A stretch of DNA of 64,000 bases from Mytilus californianus (taxonomy: Eukaryota), in contig NW_026262679.1 in the NCBI RefSeq assembly GCF_021869535.1, forward strand, positions 60,760,001 to 60,824,000, written 5' to 3'. Below the pieces are notes generated by a model. The model was not told the DNA's origin. It was given only the letters and a program-made list of their open reading frames with translations, and did not search any database. The translations under genes and the position numbers were made by a program. Below are positions 52,744 to 64,000 of this stretch, one piece after another; position 1 is the stretch's first letter; each line of letters opens with the position of its first letter.

Positions 52744-53722
52744 ATTCATTCTTTTAAAGAAAATTGATAAACATCATTTACTCCCAATAATCTAAAATAA
52801 AGCATGACTAAGATAGAGTCTTTTTTTAAAAATTTTTCCCTTTTGTTTTTCTTGAATTGGGAAGTAATTGAAACAGTGTCAACAATCAATTTCCGTTTAG
52901 TAACTCAAACGTTGTCCTTGTTAACAACAGAATACGAATTATCAAAATGTTGTGTAGAACAAGTATATGGCTATTTTATTATGGTTTAATGTGTGGTTCA
53001 TTGTTGTTTGTGTATGTTCTTAGAAGAATCGATTGTTGGAGTGGTCTGTACATTTTGTAATTCCAGCTAGTCTTTTTTCTGTATTATGCAATGAAGTCAT
53101 TTGAAATTCAATACTCTGAACAATGTTCATACTTTTTTCAGTGCACCCTACACGTGTAACAACCTTCGCCAGTTACTCTCCCGACTAAAATTTCAATTCA
53201 AAATTCATACACGATTAGATGTATAAAAAAAATTGAACAAGATCAAGAACAGCATAAAGTAATTCTCTTGTAGTTGAATATTAACGATGATTCTTACGAA
53301 TAATAAAACAAGCCGCTTAAAGTATGAAAAGTGCTTTCACAAATGATTTGCCTACCGGTGGCTCTCTATAAAAATACCGTTACGAAAAATGACACAAGTA
53401 AGTTTAGCAATTTTCAGTGTAAATTACACGTTTGTGTTTGTAAAGGACCACACAATGACAAAACTACTGACGTAAATAATTGTTTTGCTTTCTGTATGAC
53501 AAATCAGTCCAATAAACTTAATAAACTTATCACAATATCCAAACAATTTTTATAATGACGGCAATAAGAACTGTTACGGAAGCTTGTAACATCTTTTTTT
53601 TTTTGTTTCGTCTGATAATTCTGTAATCACTAGTCATTTACACTATTATATATTACATTTCCGTAGTAGCATTGCTGATCATTACAGTAAATGGATTACT
53701 TCTACCTAGTAGACAGTCGCTT

Positions 53723-54256
53723 TATTATTGGAATCACATATATACTCATAATATTATTGTGGTTATTTGTTAAAGTACATGCTACACTACATGTCATCTG
53801 AACGACCGAGTAATATGCATGACGTATATTACAATGGACTTTCAGCAAATAACAACCAATAAATGATTACTTTTTACCTTTAATAGTAGAACAGTTACAC
53901 ATTCATCCTTGACTTTCAAATATTTGGCTTTGCGCTTTTCTGATAAAAGTTAAATCAAGAAAAGCTCTACGGGCGCGTTAAATTTATATATTTACCAGAC
54001 GGTTGCAGTATTATTGGAATCACATACTCGTAATATGATTGTGGTTATTTGTTAAAGTACATAATACACTACATGTCATCTGAACGACCGAGTTATGAGC
54101 ATGAAGTATATTCCACTGGACGTTCAGCAAATAACAACTAATAAATGATTACTTTTTACCTTTAGTATTAAAATACAGTTACACATTCATCCTTGGCTTT
54201 CATATATTTGCACTTTTCTGATTAAAGGTAAATCCAGAAAAGCTCTCCGGGTGTAA
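53723..54256 (+). repeat. Two tandem 286-bp units, each ending in a degenerate hammerhead motif
   Basis: TATTATTGGAATCACATA at 53723 and 54009; the units align throughout. Confidence 0.9.
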
Positions 54257-54547
54257 TAATTTTGTTATAGAACTGAGTCGATAGAGCTGCCGTTGGACTA
54301 TTTGTCCTCGATGATATCATCAGCTCAGTAGTCAGTGTTTCGGAACTGACATGATTTGTATCACAACTTTCTTAAATTTTCCGTTAATACATGTAGACAT
54401 TATACAGAAACTAAGGTACCAATTTCCTCATGAAAAGTTGACATTAAATGGCTTTGGTTGTTATTGTAAGGTCCGTCTTGGTCATAAAGCTCTTTGAGTG
54501 TTTCGGTTTTATTTGTGCATCCGTATCGTTCAAATATTTTGCTTCGA

Positions 54548-54589
54548 GCGTTCCTGATGAAGTTTTATCAAGATAAGCGCTTCGAACGC
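54548..54589 (+). ncRNA. Minimal type I hammerhead ribozyme motif (Penelope-type), probably inactivated
   Basis: Helix I GCGUUC/GAACGC, intact CUGAUGA, palindromic helix III AAGCGCUU and UUC cleavage triplet, but GAUA replaces the conserved GAAA. Confidence 0.65.
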
Positions 54590-56059
54590 AAAACATTTAT
54601 AAAGCGTTTTCATTTTTTTAATTAATTCACTTTCTATATCGATAAGCGAGAGGTCAAGTTATCATATGTTTCTACATCTAATAAATAATCATAACGTTCA
54701 TGATACAAACAGAAAAGCTTAGTAGAATTATACAAATAATTTATTATACAATAACGTATAAATGATATTAATCATCAAAACAATACACAGAAAAGTAAAC
54801 ATTTGAGCATTTTGAATCTAAAACAAAAACGCGATAAACTCCGTTGCTCCGTAAGGGTTACCGATGCCTCTTTCAAAGGTGTTTTTCGTCTTGTGTTACA
54901 TGATAATTGACGATAACGACATGCACGAAGATAGGGGACGAAATCAATATGTATAATTATTTTTAAATGTAATGATTTCCCTTGCTCTAACTATCTATGT
55001 CTTTGCTATTTTAGTCTTGACACAAAAGAAGTTGTTAAATGAAAGTTGTAGCGTCCCGCAGGTGTTTTGAAAATAAATTATAAGGCAATGAATTTAAAAT
55101 ATTAAACACCATAAAACAAAACTACAAGCTTAAGGTTTTAATTGCAGATTATGACGATTTGTTGAATAACATCTTTTAGTTATTGATTTGTCACCATTCA
55201 TCCTTTTTTGTCATTACTGTCTATATAATTTAGCATGATATGACAATCATGGGATTTCTGAAAATCGTTTATATTAATTTTATACAGTTCTTAAGTTCCA
55301 TATTTTTTTCATTTTAATTGCTTGCATATAAAAAGTGTCTTTAAACTAAAGGATATTGCCTTCTGTCGTTGTAGAAAGAATAGAGAAGATAGTCCTCACA
55401 CAACATACTATCATTACATGTATCAAAATATTCATTATCTAACAAATATACATTTTAACTTGGTAATATGTATCCATTCTACTACTTAATCATGGATTAT
55501 AAAGCACAAAATCGCTTTTCGTTATGGAACATAATGTAGAATTTTGTTTTGTTTATCTATTCCATCGTAATTTAAACTCGCTACCAAGGACAGGTAACCT
55601 TTTATTTAGCAGAAATTCGGAGATAACTTACAGGGGAGGCATCTCATAACAGCAGCAAAATCAAAGTTCAATGAACACATAACCTTTCTAAGATAGTCAT
55701 GCATTATTGAAGCTGAACAACATTTAAGTAAACTTAAGAATGATAATTATCTCAGAGTAAAATTTGATATAGCCGACATATGTCAATGTAGATGCAAAAT
55801 TCCTTAAGACGATGAACTATAAGCCATGTGGGACATCTGTGACAGATGATTCATTTATAACTATCCCAAACGATTATTGAACTTTCAAGAGAAATAGTCA
55901 AACATAATAACAATACCTTAAATAGTTAAATACGTAGCGATGACCTTATAAACGTCAAACTATTATATTTACAAAAATAGCACACTGCTATGTTAACGTG
56001 TTGTTGAGAAAGTAAAATAATTCCTGCCATGGTTCAAATCTATCGATTCATCAATTGGT

Positions 56060-56910
56060 AGTAAAAGAGAGGCGAAGGATACGAAAGGGAGATTGAAACT
56101 CATAAGTCGAAAATAAACTGATAACGCCATGGCTAAAAAAGAAAAAGGCAGACAAACAACAGTACACAAAACACAACAAAGGAAAAGGGAAAGGGATTGT
56201 AGTTACGACAATTGAAACATATCCGTTGCATCTGTGAAACGGATATTCTATATCGGTTAACCAACTCGTGATGGCATCCGTATTATTTAAGAAGGGACGA
56301 TTTCAACTTCACTACTTGGAACTCTTGGTTTCATAGCTTCCTTGTGAGCAGCAACCCTCTATCAAGGAAATCATGATAGGAAATACAAGCCCTGGAATAT
56401 CGTATGAACTGGGAGATATATACTCCGTATGCAGGCGCTGCTGGAATGTTGCTACATAGAAATTGAAAGTTCACAATTGGGAAGCTGAAATCATCTCTTT
56501 TGTCGTAATTTTTTGTTTTCAACCGACCATCATTGTCAATTTCTAGATGTAAGTCAAGATATGAGACAGACTTAACAGTATCTGTTGCATCCTTTATCTT
56601 AAGTTCGATGGGATAGATGCGTTCAACATAGTCCCCATTTTTTGAATTATTTAGTGATAGAACATCATCTATAGTGAAAGTGAAATTAAAGGATACTGCT
56701 AACTTCTTTTTTATTCTTCTTAATAAGTTCCTCATCTCATATGAATAAGGGAACAGTTGGTTGGTTCCCATGGGAATGCCGATTGACTGTTGAAAAACAC
56801 GACCTCCAAACGTAACAAATATGTTGTCAATCAAGAAATCAAGCATCTTGATAATGTCAGTTTCAGAGTATTTTTTGTTTGAATCAGTGTGATATATTTT
56901 ACATTTCATC
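56060..56910 (-). mobile_element. Penelope-like element 3' part (RT C-terminal half and tail)
   Basis: FQQSIGIPMGTN, TIDDVLSLNN, SYLDLHLE, YDKRDDFSFPIVNF and PAYGVYISQ.IRYSRAC; no downstream GIY-YIG domain. Confidence 0.88.
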
Positions 56911-57438
56911 CCGCCCTAAGACGAGAAATTTGTATCTACGTAGGTAAGTTGTTTTATTTGGAATTACAGTATAAAATATTTCATCATTACCAAATTCACA
57001 AATATTCATTTTGGGAGAAAATAAAAATTTGGACGAAGCCGGAAAATGAACATACTGACATTTGAAAGCAAAAGCTTATCCGAAACGAAAAATATATGAC
57101 GCCTTACAAAGCTGGTGATGCATGCAAAGTAAGAGACGCGTACTCTGTCGTCTTAATCGATTTTGCGCATAAGAGTTCATGCGATTTCCTCAATATTTCT
57201 CTCTTTGCTTGTTTATTTCAAATGGATTTACGAGATGAACATCGGTAAACTACTGTTGCCTCTTATTTACAATAATAAACATATAGACTGAACCTTACAA
57301 AACATTACTGTTTGGGTTTTATAAACCAACAAGCAAACAATTATAATAATGTATTATTAATACATTGTAACTAGTAACATCCCAATGATATATATATAAA
57401 TAATAAAGTACATGTATAAATGCTTCATAAAAAATACT

Positions 57439-57674
57439 GGTCTCGGTGGCCACGTGGTCAAAGTAGTCGAACTACTGTATCGCTAGCCTGTCAACACTAA
57501 GGCTGTGAGTCCGAATCCCGCACATGGCAGGTGCAATCGACTCCAATTTTAATTGACTAGGATTTACATTTTTACTACCGAAGTCTCTCCGGCTTCCTCC
57601 ACGAATAAAAATGACTGCCACGAAAAAGCAAAATAGTGCTGAAAGTGGCGTTTAACACCAATCAATCAATCAAT
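57439..57674 (+). mobile_element. tRNA-derived SINE
   Basis: A-box-like GGTGGCCACGTGG, B-box-like GAGTCCGAATCCC, CTCCGGCTTCCTCCAC core, GAAAGTGGCGTTTAACACC end and a (TCAA)n tail. Confidence 0.8.
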
Positions 57675-58699
57675 ATCATCAAAATTAGCTGTTTGAAAAT
57701 TTTCTAATCTGACATACCAAAAAAAAAAAACCCAACAATTATGCATAAGTCAACACAAAGTGTACACAAAAATGAATTTACAAAAACACCAAACTCTAAG
57801 GTAAATTCAAAAAGGGGAAGTCAATGAAACCTGACAAAAACAAACGCTCGAATATATCTACCATCAGAAGTGCTGGAAGACAACTGCAATATTCCTGCTT
57901 TGGCACAGGGATACAAAATGTGCACAATTGATATTATATGAGGATATATCAGAAGTTAAATATGCATATTACAGAACATACTATAGACATTAACAAGAAC
58001 CTTGCATCATGGGAAGGGATTGTGTATTAGCACACAACATGGAGAATATTATACACTTATTTACTGGCTATGAGGACAATATCAAGTTGTTTGTCCCTCT
58101 AGACACTGAATGTATCCAGACGCGAAGCGGAAAATAGATGATGTTGTCCGAAAAGCCATTAAGTAATTGTTTTATCATACAGAAAGAAACTGGTTGTTTC
58201 TGAATGTTTGTCTATCTGGTTTGAGGCTGAGTTTGGTGCATGTTGTGTTGATAAATAGCATTCTTCTTGCTATCTTTTTTTGAAATAATGAATAAACCAT
58301 TGATAACAAGAATAAAATATGTATGACTATGACTATTGAAATGAAATAAATAAAGAAACAACAAATGTAACATCTCAATGAAGTACAATTAAGTAAACTA
58401 TAATGAATATTAACAGTAAACATGTTCATAAATTAATTTTTAAACAAGCTAAGAATTCAAGGTTTTGTTTAATATTTTAAAATTCAAAATAAAGCCAGTC
58501 TATTCATTGATGAAAATGGCAATCTATGTTCGCATTATTGATATTTTGGACACAAATCCCTGTGGACTTTGGACTTTTTGAACCATTTTTTGAATTGCAA
58601 CAACTGCTGGAATACAGCTTACTGAGTTATGACTATATGTATTGTCCTAAAAATTCTGGACTTCTTTCTGTATTTTGTCTATAAGTACAGAATCAATTT

Positions 58700-60090
58700 C
58701 GAAAAAAGTCTATGTCTTGTAGCTGATTACTTGAAATTGGCAAGTGATTTTTAGAAGTACGCGAGATGAACGGGGAACCTTTACATGAGGATCTTCGTCT
58801 GGTTTTGTGCAATGGTTTATTATGTCCGACATTTCTCTTTGTTTTTTCTCACCAGGATAAACTGCACTTTCAGATTTGTGATCAATTAATCCCATAATAT
58901 GTCGGGTTTCGATGCCATTTTCATCCAGATTTGTAATACATGTAGCCCTGAAACAATAGCTATAAAACCAGGTTTAACCAACCATTTTCCTCGGCTAATG
59001 CCTGTACCAAGTCAGAAAAATGACAGCTGTTTTCCATTCGTTCCGTTAATAAAGTCTAACGTTTGATTTTGTTAGTTTTGATGGACGTCCTCCCTTTTAA
59101 ATTTACCTTAGAGTTCGGTATTTTTGTTATACTTTTTTGTATTTCGTTTGTTGAAGGGGGATTGTGTGTTTCAATTAAAATTTGTAAAAAATCTCTTTAT
59201 GACTATGTGCAAATGTAAATTTTTACTGTTATATCAATCCTACTTTTTGGTGAAAACCACATGGTCGTTAAAACCGTTATCTGATTTTTGAATTTTTTGA
59301 AACGGGTTTTTCTTAAAATCGACCTGCTTTGTTGTCAGTGTCAGTAAAGTCATTTCCTCTGTGATGTTTTGTTTATCTCTTTCGATTGACGGTGATATAT
59401 CTCCGTCCCCGACCATCAGTTTTTATCTCAAAGTTATCCTTTTGAACCTCTCTAACATTTTCCTCTCCCCCTGTGCGGTAACAATACACCCCAACAAAAC
59501 ATCCTGTTTTGAAACGATTCTGGTTTCTATTTTGAAAAATTGTCACTTTTATACATTTAATTCAAATCCTCTGAAGTAATACTGTCTTTGTATTTCTTTT
59601 CACCGAGTCTCTCCTTTCCCAACTGAACTAAAGCATTAAAAAGCTTGTTTGTTTGCTGATACTGGTCAAGATTTATTATCTTCACGTGTTTTAAAAAAAT
59701 GTTTCTGCACTCCAAAGTGTATAGTTATCAGGGACGTCTTTGCATAAAAATCAGTCTGTTGAATCTAAATAAAATGTCTAATAAAAATAGAGTTAAGGCA
59801 ACATCTCGAGTGCCTGTCTCGTCGAGCTCATTTACAGTTGAACATTACCTTTCTCAATTAAATATTCATTTAACACCTTGAACAAATTTTTTAACCCCCC
59901 CCCCCCCCCCCCCCCCCCCAATCCCCCCTTTTCATGCTCTTCGAATCAAGATCGATTAAATTTATTTTCTAATTAGCATTCGGCGAGAGATACAAATCGG
60001 CCTTCTGCAGCAGCGGCAATTTTTCTTCTGATGAATCATTCGAAAGTCTCGGGCACAATTCTATCGAAACGTTAAAATAATAGCATATTT
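58700..60090 (-). pseudogene. Crypton-type tyrosine recombinase relic (DUF3504-like), interrupted by a retroposon tail (about 58940-59135)
   Basis: Manual minus-strand translation: RFVSLAE, YAKTSLITIHFGVQKHF, SITSEDL, PESFQNRMF, GGEENVRE, TKHHRG, then RATCITNLDENGIETRHIMGLIDHKSES...KQREMSDI; several stops and frameshifts. Confidence 0.82.
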
Positions 60091-63000
60091 TCCAACGAAA
60101 ATGCAATCTTAATTAATGATTAGGAACATTTTTGCTTCAAGTAAATAGTTAATACCTAGCTTCTAGTAAATAGTTAATAGTTTTTTTCAGACAATTTAGT
60201 AAAAATAGTAAATGCATTTGTCTATAATTTTATATAAAGAAAACAAACACTGAGGTATAATAAGGCTTTTTAAATACTAGTCCAGTGTACTATTATTTAT
60301 TAGTTCAGCAGAATTTTAATTATGTATACCAGATAAATAACAAATATCTTGACGAGTGACAGCGTGGATTATTATCCTTCGTCATCAAACGAGGTTGACA
60401 ACAATCTGATTTATCACCCTTTCAACTATGAGCCACTCAATCTAATGAATAATCTGATAATATATATTTCATATAATAGATTTTTTGATTCGCCACTTTT
60501 ATTGGTTAATATATAGGTTAACATTTGAAGAATGTTACCCGCTGATCCATGGTTAAGAGTAAAAAGTTACATTCGTATTAAACAATGAAAAATAAGCATT
60601 TTAAAATATGAAGTATAAAACATATATACCGTAACACATTCAAAAGGGAAAAAGACGACACATATACCCACAAATAACACACAGTAAAAAAAACTGTAGA
60701 TCGAGCATTACGAACCAATTAAACCTAGGCTGAACTCAGGTGCTACGGGGATGGAAACCAGTCCACGCTGCTCTAGCGGCATCTGTTGTGTTGTTCATGG
60801 CAGTTAAACAGTCGGTGATCAGTCTACTTCCGCGATACCAAAAACAAGAAAAGAAGGATTGTGGCTTTGACAAATGAAACATATCCATGGTCATCTGAAA
60901 TACAGATTTCCATCACTGTCAACTAAATCAAAACGGCGACCATAAAACTATCCTAACGATTATTTCAACTTCACCAATAAGAACATTAGTTTGAGTTCTT
61001 GTACCTTCCTTCTAAAAGCAACCAGGAATAGCATCATAATAAAGACCAAAAGCGGGTCTGGACATTCGTCGCTTCGTGCAATTGAGTGAGATAACATGTA
61101 TACTTGAGCATAATTGATCTTAAATATTAAAATCATTCATTTGAATAGGAGCCAAGAAAAGTTTGACGAAATTTTTCCTTGTACAATGAGTGTTGTAAAA
61201 TTTCAAACTATCGGCAAACAGGAAGTGGCTACACGGCAGATGTAAAAATTGTTTACTCGCTTTAACTAAACATTATCAAGCTGCAGACCAAATATAAAAT
61301 TATTCCCTGTCATAGAAGCCAAGACAAATTTGACGAAAGTTTTCTTTCGGCCGGGGGTACAGACGGAATCGAGCGGTTACTAGACCTATTTCCGCCTTCG
61401 GCAACGCAGGTAAAAACAAAAGCTATATATAAACTAAGAGATATTTTTTGTACCAAAAAACTGTGTGAACTACGATATCACAGATTGCAATCTAGATCTG
61501 CATTAACTACAGTGTTTAACCATTGCATTTACTTCTAAATATTTGCATGGTTCAAATGTAAATAAAAAGAAATTTGTTATTTACGTCCAATGAGAAATAA
61601 ACACAACGACCAACAAAAGTAATGCCACTTACGGGTCAACATACAGTCTTTAGCGATGAACAAAGTTTCAATGCAATACATGCATGTCATGCCCTAAATT
61701 TTATGATAAAAGAGTTAGAAATAACCAAGTTGAATATATTGAACAGAGTATATTAGAAATTGTCATTCATACATATTTTTTAAAGACAAATTTGTAGGTT
61801 ATAATTGTTTGTTTTCGTTTTATGTCTTTTTTCTAGGACGAGTGTGTTTAAGTTGTTTGTAGTCGATGTGGTCTGTTGTACTGTCAAATATGTTTCGTAA
61901 TGTTGTGCTTTTCATGCATTGTACCAAAGCTACATCAAAATACAACCAATAACGTTCAAATAGGTATTCTTTTTTAGCAATCAAACTATGTTATTTTTAA
62001 TCTAGGTCAATAGAATAACAAATAAATAGAATGATATAAAATAGTTTCTTTGCGAAATTCAGATAAATGATTTTCTGAATGCATGAATCTAAATAAAAGA
62101 ATGCACTCATATTCGATTCATTCGTACTTGAATAAACAACATTCGTAGCTTGCACTTTTCCCTGATTGTAATTTAATTTTAATGTACTAGTTTTTACAAC
62201 CTTATGAATTAATTTGAAACATCTTATGCAATCTTAGAAATGAAAAAAATATGTTATCAAACATTCCTAAATTAAATTTAAATATAACACTTGTTTGCCG
62301 TTGAATCTATGTATTTAGTACTAAATTAACTAGCTGACATTTCCCAAATCTTTGTTGCTAGTGCACTTTGGCAATTAAAGTTCATAAAAAACGATTAACA
62401 GTTAATTTGTGGTAGATCAAACGATAAACTAGGAATCTAGAATACAATGTTGCTCATCATATTAGACATTTGAATTGGGAATATTATACTAACATATCCA
62501 GCGATGTTAAAATTCCTACATAGTTTTCGATATGAAAACAAGGTACCTTAAAGACGACCAAATATAAAGATATAACTGTTTAATCCCTAAATGATTTTTA
62601 AAATGTACACAAAGTACGTTCCAGACGATAGCAGAGGACTAGATTATACTCGAAAACGAAAATGCTTGGTTATAGTAAATTCTCCAGTTCATTCATCTCG
62701 GGTTTTCGCGCGTTTTTTACGGTCACCAATTGTCCACAACCGACACGAGTAAAATTGAGGTACATACTAAAGGTACAAGTTCTAACACTTGGTGTTGATT
62801 GTTTTTAAACTATCAAGCATTTTCAGTATAATTCAGTTTATTTACATTCTAAATATATCAAGTCAGATTATTTATTTAAACAGCTTCAATAAGCATATAA
62901 ATACTTACTTTTGATAGGTACAATATATTGACCAACTATAAAAATAAGAAGATGTGGTATAATTGTCAATGAGACAACTCTCCACCAGAGGTCAAATGAC

Positions 63001-64000
63001 ATAGAAATTGACAACTATAATAGGTTACCGTACGGCCTTCAACAATGAGCAGAACCCATACCGCATAGTCAGCTATAAAAGTCCCCGAATTGACAAATGT
63101 AAAAACAACCTATACAAAACAAACCACAACGTTTAAGTGTTCTAGTTTTCATAAGATGACCAACTACATATGTTTTAACAAAACTATGCAAGGGAAAATC
63201 AATTGACCTTTTGCAAGGGAGAATTGATCCGAAATTGACAAAAAAAATAGTGAAGAACACACCAGTCACAGACAATTTCGATGATCTAGACATATTACTA
63301 CCAAGCAAGTTTTTCTTTGAAATAATTAATTTATATAGGCATATGGCCGAGTAACTTTTTAAACTATACGACACAAAGTTTTAGGTTAAAAGTTGATTAA
63401 TAATATTTATGAAACATTCAGTCATCTTTCGTTTTATTCTAATACAACCAATGCATTACATCAGAATTTGAATGATACAAAACGTATCAGACCTTAACAA
63501 AACGATTCAAATGTCAATGTTTAGAGGGTGTTTTTAAAATATCAGTTTCTAATAAATAATATTTAGGTTTGCATTAATTAGAACAATGATGGGGGAATAT
63601 TCTTCGGAACAATGGTTGATTGGTGTTGGCTTAACGCCGTATCAGCACAAAAAAGCTATATCGTCGCGAGCTTAACAAATTAAATTTGTCTCTTATTTAC
63701 AATTCAGAATTACCATGTCGTACTGTTTCAAATTAAACACAAATTCTATTTTTAAGTTTTCGATTTAGTTCAATAAATACAGTGGTTTTATATTTTTTTT
63801 AATTTTCCATTGCTGTTATCTAGCATTATTGATTGAGGATAACAAATTTTTGAGAAATACTAAAACCATTTTACTGTGGAGAAGGACTAGTTTCATTACA
63901 AAAATAGTTAAAACGGACAAACCTTGTTACGTTTATTTACCTTTTTACTCAAATTCTTAATTTTACAGATAAAGATACACTGCAGAAATTGGTAATGTTA

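Noticed and set aside
49630-53480. Scattered AG...GT cassettes (near 49640, 50960, 51100, 53420) as exons of one gene
   Set aside because: No consistent frame or recognisable domain could be assembled.
60021-60057. CTGATGA...GAAA as another hammerhead
   Set aside because: Helices I and II do not form convincingly, and it lies on the antisense strand of the Crypton ORF.

Overview
AT-rich eukaryotic (invertebrate) genomic DNA dominated by transposable elements. The interspersed repeat families resemble those I recall from mussel (Mytilus-like bivalve) genomes; this is an inference, not a database result. There are no rRNA, tRNA genes, CRISPR arrays or intact long host genes, and most short ORFs in the track are spurious. 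From left to right: (1) the 3' end of a DIRS/Ngaro tyrosine-recombinase retroelement; (2) copy A of a small EGF-like peptide gene, whose intron holds a TGT...ACA TIR element that in turn holds a 6.9-kb internally deleted Ty3/Gypsy element (4-bp TSD ATAT, tRNA-Leu PBS, intact -1 frameshift heptamer plus pseudoknot, unequal LTRs, and an extra, apparently spliced, C2H2 zinc-finger ORF in the env position); (3) Helentron-type HINEs, Penelope-like RT fragments, a CACTA-type element with 3-bp TSD and a 5'-truncated L2/CR1-group LINE with an esterase ORF1; (4) paralogous copy B of the EGF-like gene, which shares an in-frame TGA with copy A; (5) a 5-bp-TSD TIR element with nested HINEs, an 8-bp-TSD hAT MITE, three degenerate hammerhead ribozyme motifs, a tRNA-derived SINE and a Crypton recombinase relic. 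The strongest candidate for something undescribed is the Gypsy accessory zinc-finger gene.
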